Source of the DNA: an uncultured Gemmatimonadales bacterium
GTDB lineage: Bacteria > Gemmatimonadota > Gemmatimonadetes > Gemmatimonadales > GWC2-71-9
Assembly (NCBI GenBank): GCA_963798915.1
Contig: CAWCVB010000002.1
Coordinates: forward strand, 704,001 to 768,000
DNA length: 64,000 nt
Direction: 5' to 3'
Part shown: positions 51,081-59,329 of the stretch, in pieces
Layout: every line of letters begins with the position of its first letter
Numbering within the stretch: the first letter of the stretch is position 1
Made by a program: the position numbers and the translations under genes
Notes under the pieces: generated by a model
Told to the model about the DNA's origin: nothing
Database searches by the model: none
Seen by the model: the letters and a program-made list of their open reading frames with translations, nothing else

Positions 51081-52265
51081 TCACGTTCCCAGTGCCAAGG
51101 TGACCGGTGTGGCACTGTCCGCGTCGCCGTTGAGGAGGAGGCCGTCATCTCCCCGTCCCCAGCAGGCCACGGTTCCCGTGGTGGTGGTTCCGCAGAATGT
51201 TCCGCCTCCCCCATCCAGGCGGGTAAAGCGCAGGTTGCCCGAGATGGCCTGGGGCGAATCGAACAACACGGTGGAGCCCAGCGGCTCGACACCCACGGAG
51301 CCGTCCAGGTTGGCACCCCAGCAGAAGACTCGTCCGTCCTTCTCCAGCGCGCAGGTGCTGGCGCGGCCGGCGCGGATGGCGGTAAAGCGATGCTCCCCGG
51401 CCACGGGAACCGGATGGTCCGCCTCGAGGATCGCGGGTCCAGCTCCGATGGCATCCAGCCCCCAGCACCAGGCCTGACCATCGGAACGAAGGGCGCAGGT
51501 GTGGTATCCGCCTGATGCGATGGATGTGAACTCGAGGGTATCGCTGTTGAGCGCCGGCTCGGGCGAGAACATGTGCACGTGCGCGCCATCCACGGTGTGG
51601 CCGTCGTAGCCCCAGCACCAGGCCTCCCCAGCCGCGTTCAGCGCGCACAGATGCGACTGGCCCGCGGTGATCCGGCGATACACCTGTGCCGGATCGCCCG
51701 AGGCGATCGGCTGGCGGCTGCAGCGAAGTCCGTCGCAGGTCTCCGTCGTGGCAGTGGTACCAAGCTGGCCTTTGTCGTTGCGCCCCCAGCAGAAGATCGC
51801 TCCGCCGGAGGTGAGCCCACAGGTGAAGGAGTCTCCGGCCGCGAGTTGCGTGAATCGCTGGCTGGTTGCGACGGCGACCGGGCGGGTCTGGCATGGCAGC
51901 CCGGCGCAATTCTGGTCAGGTGAAGACCCGGTCCCGAGCTCGCCACCAAAGTTCGATCCCCAGCACCAGGCGGCGCCGCTGGCATCAAGGCCGCAGGTAT
52001 GGGTATATCCCGCCGTGACGAACTGGAATGTGGCTGCATCGCTGACCGGAGTGGGGACGCGGGCCGGCTCGGTCGTGCCATTGCCGAGCTCGCCAAGCGC
52101 ACCCTGTCCCCAGCAGGTGGTCCCGCCCGGCGTCACGGAACAGATGTGGCGACTGCTGATGGCAAGCGTCTGCGGAGCGGGTGGCTCCGACGGGCCGGTG
52201 GCATCGGAGCACGCGAGTGCCACGAGGGCGACGAGGGCGACGAGGCCAAGGGTAGCGGATCGCAT
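51081..52265 (-). CDS. RCC1/BLIP-II repeat beta-propeller lipoprotein (copy 1)
   Basis: MRSATLGLVALVALVALAC lipoprotein signal, seven CWG repeats. Confidence 0.88.
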   Translation of the reverse strand: MRSATLGLVALVALVALACSDATGPSEPPAPQTLAISSRHICSVTPGGTTCWGQGALGELGNGTTEPARVPTPVSDAATFQFVTAGYTHTCGLDASGAAWCWGSNFGGELGTGSSPDQNCAGLPCQTRPVAVATSQRFTQLAAGDSFTCGLTSGGAIFCWGRNDKGQLGTTATTETCDGLRCSRQPIASGDPAQVYRRITAGQSHLCALNAAGEAWCWGYDGHTVDGAHVHMFSPEPALNSDTLEFTSIASGGYHTCALRSDGQAWCWGLDAIGAGPAILEADHPVPVAGEHRFTAIRAGRASTCALEKDGRVFCWGANLDGSVGVEPLGSTVLFDSPQAISGNLRFTRLDGGGGTFCGTTTTGTVACWGRGDDGLLLNGDADSATPVTLALGT

Positions 52266-52301
52266 GACCGGATGACGCAAGTGGGATGAGTGGATGCACA
52301 T

Positions 52302-52901
52302 TTACCGGCTCACCAGCGAATCGAGCGCAATCCAGTTCACTTCCCAGGTCTTGCCTCCATCATCGGAAAACGCCTGCTCGAACCTGCATGATCGTTCGGT
52401 GATGTCGGACCACACGTTGCGCACCAGTATCGCCCTGCCGTTGAATATCTCCTGATCATGGAATTCGCCCCGGCCACTTTTGAATTCACCGATGGTGGGC
52501 ACGCTGATCGTGCCAACGCGGCTACTGGCGGAGTTGAGACTCCACTGGCGCGACTGGGGATTGTAAAGGCGCAATGACAGGGCTTCGAGATGTCCCGCCG
52601 GGCCATCGGCGATCAATTCCACCAGGTTGGCCTTGCCGTTCCAGATGGTCCGCACCACCGATGTGCCCTCGTAGGTCACCCACGAGGTGGAGCCGCTCAG
52701 CGGATGCTCCAGCCGGGAAAGGTGCGTTTTCCAGGTGCCGATCTCAAAGTCGAAGTCATGCTGACCGTCACGCGCCGGGGGCCGGGCGGGATTGCGCGCC
52801 GCCGGCCGGCCGCCGACCTGCTGCTCGTTGCCGTCGGGTGGCTGCCAGAAGAGAGTGGCACATACCAGAAAAAACATCCCATGCTGCCTGATCGGGCCCA
52901 T
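52302..52901 (-). CDS. conserved hypothetical (DUF1579-like) protein
   Basis: HDFDFEIGTW, LRLYNP, FEQAFSDDGGKTWEVNW; GGAGG before ATG 52901. Confidence 0.78.
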   Translation of the reverse strand: MGPIRQHGMFFLVCATLFWQPPDGNEQQVGGRPAARNPARPPARDGQHDFDFEIGTWKTHLSRLEHPLSGSTSWVTYEGTSVVRTIWNGKANLVELIADGPAGHLEALSLRLYNPQSRQWSLNSASSRVGTISVPTIGEFKSGRGEFHDQEIFNGRAILVRNVWSDITERSCRFEQAFSDDGGKTWEVNWIALDSLVSR

Positions 52902-53021
52902 GCCTGCCTCCATGTGTCGCAGCCAGTCGCGTCGCGCGTACGCGCGCCGAGCGGTGCCACGGCTGTCGGCACCGGCACGGTTGGCTGCGTGCGCCAATTT
53001 AGGAAAGACGGCGGCGCTGAT

Positions 53022-53870
53022 CTAGGACGGAAGGTGCGGCCCGGTACCGGTGTTGCATTGCTGGCTGGCGGAACGGAATTGTGCGGGACTCATGCCGGTC
53101 TGCTGCCGGAACACCCGCGAAAAATGACTCTGGTCGAAGAAGCCGGCGTGCAGGCTGATTTCGGCAAGCGATGCGCTGGTGTCGCTGAGCTCGCTCAGGG
53201 CGTGCTGGATGCGCAGGCGGCGAATGTACTCCCCAATGGAAAGATGCTGGTGCTGCCTGAAGGTGCGCGCGAGGTGGGCGGGATGCACGCCCACTTCGCG
53301 CGCAACGAGCGAGAGCGTGAGCGGCCCGGCGTAGCCGTCGTGAATCAGGTCAAGGGCCCGTCGCAGCCAGGCAGGCGGCCGGGCGGAAGGCGGCTTGTCA
53401 GCTGCCCGTGACGCTTCGCCCAGCAATTCGAGGATCAGGCCCTCGAGAACCACGGCCGAAAAGGCATCGCCGCCGGAGAATTCCCGGAAGATGCGATGAC
53501 CGAGCGCGGCCAGCGTCCCGTTGCGCAGCAGACCCGGACGCGTGGTGACCGGCGCCCTATCGTGCATGGCCGCCAGCCGGCCAGGGGTGATCTCCAGCAG
53601 CAGGCAATTGCCGCCCAGGCGGCCGAACTTGTTGACGTGCCGCTCGAAGGCCGGCTTGAAGACCAGCGAGTGAGGTGGGCATTCCTGCTCCCGAACGCCA
53701 ATCCGTTCGGTGTACGAGCCGGAGAGCACGAAGCAGATGCTGGCATCGTCATGTTCGTGCCAGGGAAGATGCTGATGCGGTGGCTGGGAGAATTGCGTGA
53801 GCGCAAAGCCGCCGATGGACTTCGATCTGGTCATGCCCCACACGGAGGGGTCTGTGGAACAGGTTGTCAT
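53022..53870 (-). CDS. AraC family transcriptional regulator (cupin + HTH)
   Basis: PWHEH cupin, GVHPAHLARTF, GFFDQSHFSRVF..TGMSP. Start at 53870 or 53834. Confidence 0.93.
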   Translation of the reverse strand: MTTCSTDPSVWGMTRSKSIGGFALTQFSQPPHQHLPWHEHDDASICFVLSGSYTERIGVREQECPPHSLVFKPAFERHVNKFGRLGGNCLLLEITPGRLAAMHDRAPVTTRPGLLRNGTLAALGHRIFREFSGGDAFSAVVLEGLILELLGEASRAADKPPSARPPAWLRRALDLIHDGYAGPLTLSLVAREVGVHPAHLARTFRQHQHLSIGEYIRRLRIQHALSELSDTSASLAEISLHAGFFDQSHFSRVFRQQTGMSPAQFRSASQQCNTGTGPHLPS

Positions 53871-53910
53871 GCCCGGATGGACGCGGCAGGCGGGCAGGGG
53901 TGCACATGGC

Positions 53911-54092
53911 GGGTCGCGGGTCGCGGGTCGCGGGTCATGGGTCATGGGTCATGGGTCATGGGTCATGGGTCATGGGTCGAGGGTCATGGGTCGAGGGTCG
54001 CGGGTCATGGGTCATGGGTCATGGGTCATGGGTCATGGGTCATGGGTCATGGGTCATGGGGCGTGGGGCATGGGTCGAGGGTCGCGCGTCGC
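53911..54092. repeat. 26-unit GGGTCAT-type heptamer tandem array
   Basis: 15 exact GGGTCAT units plus GGGTCGC, GGGTCGA and other variants in register. Confidence 0.95.
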
Positions 54093-54120
54093 GGGCCGGG
54101 CTCACCGAGCCTTGCCGTTC

Positions 54121-54214
54121 GTCATTCCGACGGAGGTCGGAATCCATGAGGGCTCACCCGGGGTGACTCATCATGTCCGCGTCCCTCATGGACCCCGGTT
54201 TGCACCGGGGTGAC
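54121..54214. repeat. REP/RPE-like palindromic element
   Basis: GTCATTCCGAC-ggag-GTCGGAATCCA ... TGGACCCCGGT-ttgc-ACCGGGGTGAC; supplies the mutY stop codon. Confidence 0.75.
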
Positions 54215-54892
54215 GCGGAGGCGAGCTGCGGCTTCCCGTCTTCCCGTCCTGCACTCCGTCCGCACCGGGCACTCCCCACACCGGGCCACGCGCGCGGTGC
54301 ACACCAGTGCCCCCAGTTCCATGATGGCCTGGTTGAAGGTCCAGGCGTCCTTGCCACGGCGAGGCAGGAGCAGTTCGGCGGTCTGCCAGAGCCGTTCCTG
54401 TCGCCATGTTCGCGGGTGGAAGGCGCGCCGGATTACCCGCGCGACGTTGGTATCGACGGCCGCGGTGCGCCGCTCGAACGCAAAGCTGGCGACGGCGCCG
54501 GCCGTGTAACGGCCGACGCCAGGCAGTTGCTGCAAGTGCTGCGGATCGGAAGGCATGACGCCGTCGCACTGGCTGACGACCTGCTGCGCCAGTCGGTGCA
54601 GATTGGCGGCCCGGCGATAGTAGCCCAGGCCGTTCCAGCTCTCCCGCACGGCGCTCGAGGGCGCCTTGGCGAGGTCCGCGAGGGTGGGGTACCGCGCCAG
54701 GAAGCGCGGGTAGAATGCTTCGACCCGGGAGACCTGGGTCTGCTGCAGCATCACTTCCGAGACCAGGACGTGATAGGGATCGCGGGTGCGCCGCCACGGG
54801 AGGTCCCGGCCCTTCCGGTGGAACCAGCGCAGCAGGCGGCGGCGGAATCCGGGCAGGTCTACGGGCGCGCGGAGACTGGACTTACGTGCCAT
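54122..54892 (-). CDS. mutY: A/G-specific adenine glycosylase, short form
   Basis: RDLPWR, VSEVMLQQTQV, WNGLGYYRRA, LPGVGRYTAGA, VDTNVARV, C-x6-C-x2-C-x5-C Fe-S motif. Confidence 0.92.
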   Translation of the reverse strand: MARKSSLRAPVDLPGFRRRLLRWFHRKGRDLPWRRTRDPYHVLVSEVMLQQTQVSRVEAFYPRFLARYPTLADLAKAPSSAVRESWNGLGYYRRAANLHRLAQQVVSQCDGVMPSDPQHLQQLPGVGRYTAGAVASFAFERRTAAVDTNVARVIRRAFHPRTWRQERLWQTAELLLPRRGKDAWTFNQAIMELGALVCTARVARCGECPVRTECRTGRREAAARLRVTPVQTGVHEGRGHDESPRVSPHGFRPPSE

Positions 54893-54913
54893 GGTGCGGC
54901 AAGATACTACCCC

Positions 54914-55708
54914 ATGCCCGCCTCCACCCAGACTTTCGACATCCGCCAGCGCATCGGGCGAGGCACCCTTGGTGCTGCGGCCCAGGTGGGCCGACTTACG
55001 TTCTTCATGGGAGAGGCGGTCCGCGGGCTCCGCGAGGTCCGGATCTGGTGGCCGAGGATGATGACGGAGGCGTGGAACATCGGGGCGGGGAGCCTGTTCA
55101 TCGTCCTGCTGATTTCCGCCTTTGCCGGCGCGGTGACGGCCCTCCAGACGGGGTACCAGTTCACCGGCAGCATTCCGTACTACGTGGTTGGTACGCTGGT
55201 GGTCTCGTCCATCATCCTGGAGTTGGGGCCCGTGCTGACCGCGCTGATTCTGGCCGGCCGCATCGGCGCGCGGTACGCGGCCGAGCTGGGGACCATGCGG
55301 GTCACCGAACAGATTGATGCACTGGAGTCGCTGGGGCGTTCGCCGGCCTCTCACCTGGTGTTGCCGAGGGTGATTGCCGGGTTCATTATGATTCCAGCGC
55401 TGACGGTTTTTGCCAACCTGTCGGGCATCATCGCCGGCTGGCTGTCGGTGAAGGCGGTGCTCCCGGTAACGGATGCCGATTTCATCTACGGCGCGCAATA
55501 CTATTATCGGCCCTTCGACGCCTACTACTCGATTACCAAGGCCTTCTTCTTTGCCGGCGCCATTACCATCATCTCCTGCTACATGGGCTTCAACACCAAG
55601 CAGGGCGCGGAGGGGGTGGGCAAGGCCACCACGACTGCGGTGGTGGCGAGCAGCGTGCTGATCCTGGTGCTGGACACGGTCCTCACCCGACTGCTGCTCA
55701 ATCAATGA
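54914..55708 (+). CDS. mlaE: MlaE family ABC permease
   Basis: ELGPVLTA, AAELGTMRVTEQIDAL, GAEGVGKATT. Confidence 0.95.
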   Translation: MPASTQTFDIRQRIGRGTLGAAAQVGRLTFFMGEAVRGLREVRIWWPRMMTEAWNIGAGSLFIVLLISAFAGAVTALQTGYQFTGSIPYYVVGTLVVSSIILELGPVLTALILAGRIGARYAAELGTMRVTEQIDALESLGRSPASHLVLPRVIAGFIMIPALTVFANLSGIIAGWLSVKAVLPVTDADFIYGAQYYYRPFDAYYSITKAFFFAGAITIISCYMGFNTKQGAEGVGKATTTAVVASSVLILVLDTVLTRLLLNQ

Positions 55709-56460
55709 TCGAGTTGCGCGGGGTCGTGAAGCGCTTCGGCGCTCAGGTGGTACTCGACGGCGTGGACTTCGAGGTGCAGGACGGTGAGACCGTGGCGCTG
55801 CTGGGGCCGTCCGGCACCGGCAAGAGCGTGTTGCTCAAGCACATCATCGGCCTGATAAAACCCGATGCCGGCCAGGTGATCGTGGACGGCAAGGACGTGA
55901 GCCGCCTCAGCCGCCGACAGCTTTCGGAGTTTCGCCAGCAGATCGGTTACGTCTTCCAGAATGGCGCGCTGTTTGACTCCATGGACGTGTTCGAGAACGT
56001 ACGCCTCGGCATTGTCGATGACCAGAAATTCCGGGACTATGACTACGCGCACGAACGGGTGACGCAGGTCATCAAGCTGGTCAACCTGGATCCTGACCTG
56101 GTCATGACCAAGTATCCAGCGGAGTTGTCGGGCGGCATGCGCAAGCGGGTGGGCATCGCGCGGGCCATCGCGGGCAGTCCCAAGTACCTCCTGTACGACG
56201 AACCGACGTCGGGACTGGATCCGGTCAACGCCGACATCATTGACGGGCTGGTGACGCAGCTGGACGAAGAGCTTGGCGTGACCAGCGTCATGGTGACGCA
56301 TGATGTGCGTGGTGCGTTTCGCGTGGCCAACCGGCTTGCGCTCCTGAGCGATGGCAAAGTCGTCATGCAGGGCACGCCGAAGGAGTTTCTGGAGTCCGAT
56401 CATCCCAAGGTGAAGGAATTCCTGGAGCGCGACTTTGACAATCCCTCATTCGCCGCCTGA
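55705..56460 (+). CDS. mlaF: MlaF family ABC ATPase
   Basis: GPSGTGKS, FQNGALFDSM, LSGGMRKRV, YDEPTSGLDP. Confidence 0.95.
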   Translation: MIELRGVVKRFGAQVVLDGVDFEVQDGETVALLGPSGTGKSVLLKHIIGLIKPDAGQVIVDGKDVSRLSRRQLSEFRQQIGYVFQNGALFDSMDVFENVRLGIVDDQKFRDYDYAHERVTQVIKLVNLDPDLVMTKYPAELSGGMRKRVGIARAIAGSPKYLLYDEPTSGLDPVNADIIDGLVTQLDEELGVTSVMVTHDVRGAFRVANRLALLSDGKVVMQGTPKEFLESDHPKVKEFLERDFDNPSFAA

Positions 56461-56469
56461 GTGAATCGC

Positions 56470-57375
56470 ATGGAACTTCGATACAGTCGGGAAGTCATCG
56501 TCGGCAGCCTGGTGATCGTTGCCGTGCTGGTGTTCATCTTCGGCACCATGTGGCTGAGCGGCCGCTCTCCCTCATCGGCCGACCTGCTGCACATCCGCTT
56601 TGCGGACGTAAGCGGGCTCAAGCGCGCATCGCCGGTGCGGGTGTCGGGTGTGACGGTCGGCAAGGTGGAGCAGATCCAGTTCGAGAGCCCGGGAAACGTG
56701 ATGGTGCTGGCCAGTCTCAAGGAGAACATCGTTCCGAAGACCGATGCGACGGCCACGATCGTGAGCATCAGCCTGGTGGGTGACTATGCCGTGGACCTCG
56801 ATCCCGGCAAGGCCGGGACGCCACTGCCCAGGGAGCAAGTGATCGTCGGGCACCGCGAAGTCGGGTTCTCCGACCAGGCAGCAGGCCTCACCCAGCGGGC
56901 CGATTCGGTGATGCAGGGCCTGCAACAGATGGTGGGTCCGGAAATGGTGAAGCGGCTGAGCACCACGATGGATGCCCTGCAGAAGACCCTGGCCGCCACG
57001 CAGCAGACCATGGCGCTCTACGGGAATCCCGACAAGGGACCCTCCGCCGAACTGGCGCGGACCATGACGCAGTTTCGCCAGCTCGGCGCCCGGCTCGATT
57101 CGACCCTGGCCAACCCGGGCCTGCAGCGCGCCCTCGCCGGGAGCGACAGCCTGGTGGCCAATCTCTCCGCCATGTCGAAGAACCTGAGCGCCACCGGCGA
57201 CCGGTTGAATGCCATCCTTGCCGACGTCCAGGCGGGGAAGGGGACCCTCGGTCAACTGGCCTCCGACAGCGCACTCTACCGCAACCTGGTCAAGGCAACA
57301 GCCCAGATGGACTCGCTGATGGCCTCCATCAAGCAGAATCCGGGGAAGATTCCGATTACGGTGAAGATCTTTTGA
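56470..57375 (+). CDS. mlaD: MlaD/MCE family protein
   Basis: N-terminal TM, SGL..SPVRVSGVTVGKV, helical tail GKGTLGQL. Confidence 0.9.
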   Translation: MELRYSREVIVGSLVIVAVLVFIFGTMWLSGRSPSSADLLHIRFADVSGLKRASPVRVSGVTVGKVEQIQFESPGNVMVLASLKENIVPKTDATATIVSISLVGDYAVDLDPGKAGTPLPREQVIVGHREVGFSDQAAGLTQRADSVMQGLQQMVGPEMVKRLSTTMDALQKTLAATQQTMALYGNPDKGPSAELARTMTQFRQLGARLDSTLANPGLQRALAGSDSLVANLSAMSKNLSATGDRLNAILADVQAGKGTLGQLASDSALYRNLVKATAQMDSLMASIKQNPGKIPITVKIF

Positions 57376-57396
57376 GGACGGCAGGAGGGGGAAGAG

Positions 57397-57487
57397 TCGA
57401 CGGTCGACGGTCGACGGTCAACGTCATTGCTTCGCCTCTTCGGGCCTCGCAATGACGTGTCAGCCGTTGACCGTTGGCTGTCGACTG
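57397..57487. repeat. nested palindrome: heptamer arms around an ACGTCATTGC...GCAATGACGT core
   Basis: GTCGACG x3 plus GTCAACG on the left, TTGACCG-type units on the right, perfect 10 bp IR at 57421-30 / 57449-58. Confidence 0.8.
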
Positions 57488-57494
57488 ATCGGTC

Positions 57495-58457
57495 ATGTCC
57501 CTTAGTCTGATCTTCCTCGGCACCGGCGCCGCAACCCCATCGGTCGAGCGCAACGTCTCCGCCCTCGCGCTGCAGCGGGAAGGTGAGACCCTGCTGTTTG
57601 ACTGCGGCGAAGGCACCCAGCGTCAGATGATGCGCTATGGCGCCAGCTTCGCCTTCCGCGAAATCTTCTTCACCCATTACCACGCCGACCATGTGCTTGG
57701 CGTCACCGGGCTGCTCCGCACCATGGGGCTCATGGATCGGACCGAGCCGGTCACGCTCTACGGACCGAAGGGCGCCAGCCGTATCCTGGGCTCGGCGATC
57801 TCGATGGGGATTGAACGGAACAAGTTTCCGGTCGAGATCGTCGAGGTGCGCCCAGGGGACACGCTGTCGCGGAAGGACTATGACCTCGTCACGTTCGAGA
57901 CCGTTCATCGCGCCGACACGATCGGCTGGGCGCTGGTGGAGCATGAGCGACTGGGTCGCTTTGACCCGGACAAGGCCCGCAGCATGGGCATTCCCGAGGG
58001 ACCGCTCTGGGGGAGAATTCACAAGGGCCAGTCGGTGACTCTCGAGGACGGGCGCGTGGTCCAGCCCGCGGAACTGGTGGGACCCACCCGTCCGGGCCGG
58101 ACAGTGGTATACAGCGGCGATACCCGCCCGTGCGAGGGAGTGCGGGCGGTTTCGCACGCCGCCGATCTGTTGATTCACGAGGCGACTTTTTCGGATGAGG
58201 AAGCGGCCCGGGCGGTCGAGACGGGTCACTCAACCGCACGCGAGGCTGCCGAAGTGGCCCAAGTCGCAGGCGTACGACAGCTGATTCTCACCCATATCAG
58301 CCCGCGCTACTCGCGCGACGCCTCCGAACTGCTGGCCGAGGCGAGTGCGGTGTTCCCGGCGGTGACGGTGGCGCGCGACGGCATGCGGGTGGAGGTGGGC
58401 TTTCGGGACGGACAGGGCGGGCGGGATGGGCAGGAGGGGCAGGCGATGAGCGACTGA
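57495..58457 (+). CDS. rnz: ribonuclease Z
   Basis: FLGT, FDCGEGTQRQ, THYHADH, GP exosite arm, YSGDTRP, IHEATF, HST, LTHISPRY. Confidence 0.96.
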   Translation: MSLSLIFLGTGAATPSVERNVSALALQREGETLLFDCGEGTQRQMMRYGASFAFREIFFTHYHADHVLGVTGLLRTMGLMDRTEPVTLYGPKGASRILGSAISMGIERNKFPVEIVEVRPGDTLSRKDYDLVTFETVHRADTIGWALVEHERLGRFDPDKARSMGIPEGPLWGRIHKGQSVTLEDGRVVQPAELVGPTRPGRTVVYSGDTRPCEGVRAVSHAADLLIHEATFSDEEAARAVETGHSTAREAAEVAQVAGVRQLILTHISPRYSRDASELLAEASAVFPAVTVARDGMRVEVGFRDGQGGRDGQEGQAMSD

Positions 58458-58527
58458 TCTCGGATGCCCATCCTGCCCATCCTGCCCATCCCGCCCATCC
58501 CGTCTTCCCGTCGTCCCGTCTTCCCGT
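58405..58527. repeat. inverted nonamer arrays (GGATGGGCA / TGCCCATCC) plus CTTCCCGT 8-mers
   Basis: Left arm within the rnz 3' end, right arm after the stop. Confidence 0.75.
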
Positions 58528-58546
58528 TAGCTTACCGTCCCGATTC

Positions 58547-58619
58547 GGGGCTGTAGCTCAGCTGGGAGAGCGCTGCAATCGCACTGCAGAGGTCAGGGGT
58601 TCGATCCCCCTCAGCTCCA
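58547..58619 (+). tRNA. tRNA-Ala(CGC), CCA not encoded
   Basis: GGGGCTG/CAGCTCC acceptor with G3:U70, CTGCA-atCGCac-TGCAG anticodon arm, GTTCGAT T-loop. Confidence 0.97.
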
Positions 58620-58632
58620 TGAAACCCCGCCC

Positions 58633-58656
58633 GGGCGGCCACCAGCCGCCCTTTGT
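58633..58656 (+). terminator. intrinsic terminator after tRNA-Ala
   Basis: GGGCGGC-cacca-GCCGCCC-TTTGT. Confidence 0.7.
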
Positions 58657-58670
58657 CATTTCCGGTGCAC

Positions 58671-58696
58671 GGATCCATGCGGCGCCGACCGACGTA
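58671..58696 (+). promoter_or_regulatory. putative ECF-sigma promoter (copy 1)
   Basis: GGATCC-N16-CGTA directly before the sigma gene. Confidence 0.6.
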
Positions 58697-58702
58697 TCTT
58701 GA

Positions 58703-59329
58703 TTGGACGTGACTCCCCCACCGCTTTCCCGTCGCCCCGGCAGCGCCGGCCCGCGTCTCGTCTCCGAGGCGCGGGAGGACGACTTGCGCGCCCGGCTGGC
58801 CGCGCGGGACGAAGGCGCGCTCGCCGAACTGGTCGACATTCTCTCGCCCTGGCTGCTGGGACTGACGCAGGGGATGCTGCGTGACGCGGACGAGGCCGAG
58901 GAGGTCGTGATGGAGACCTTCCGCATTGCCTGGGAAAAGGTTCCGCCGCCGGACGTCGGTCCCCGAGGGATGATACCCTGGCTGCTGCAGGTGGCACGCA
59001 ACCGGGCGATTGACCGGTTGCGCTCGCGCACCCGCCGCCGGCGGCTGGCCGAGCGGGTTGGCGCGGTGAATGACGAGACGGTCGCGGCGGCGGAGCCGGA
59101 TGAGTCGGCACTGCCGGGCTGGCATGTGCACTCGGCGGTGCATCGGGCGCTGGCGGAGTTGCCTGCCGAGCAGCGCGAGGCGGTGCGGCTGGCATATTTC
59201 GAGGGCGGCACCCATTCGGAGATCGCAGCCCAACTTGGTATTCCGGTGGGGACGGTGAAGACCCGGCTGCGACTTGCCTATGGGCGGCTGCGTGAGTCGC
59301 TGGCTTCGCTCAAGGATTGGGTGGTATGA
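58703..59329 (+). CDS. ECF sigma factor (SigK-like)
   Basis: EAEEVVMETF, WLLQVARNRAIDRLR, LAYFEGGTHSEIA...GTVKTRLR. Start at 58703 (TTG) or 58709 (GTG). Confidence 0.93.
   Translation: MDVTPPPLSRRPGSAGPRLVSEAREDDLRARLAARDEGALAELVDILSPWLLGLTQGMLRDADEAEEVVMETFRIAWEKVPPPDVGPRGMIPWLLQVARNRAIDRLRSRTRRRRLAERVGAVNDETVAAAEPDESALPGWHVHSAVHRALAELPAEQREAVRLAYFEGGTHSEIAAQLGIPVGTVKTRLRLAYGRLRESLASLKDWVV

Noticed and set aside
48699..52265. Diversity-generating retroelement targets
   Set aside because: No reverse transcriptase in the window and no near-identical TR/VR pair differing at adenines was seen.
53911..54092. CRISPR array
   Set aside because: 7-bp tandem units with no unique spacers and no cas genes.
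53496..54213. ORFs with repeating GSWVMGH peptide
   Set aside because: Simple translation of the GGGTCAT array, overlapping araC antisense.
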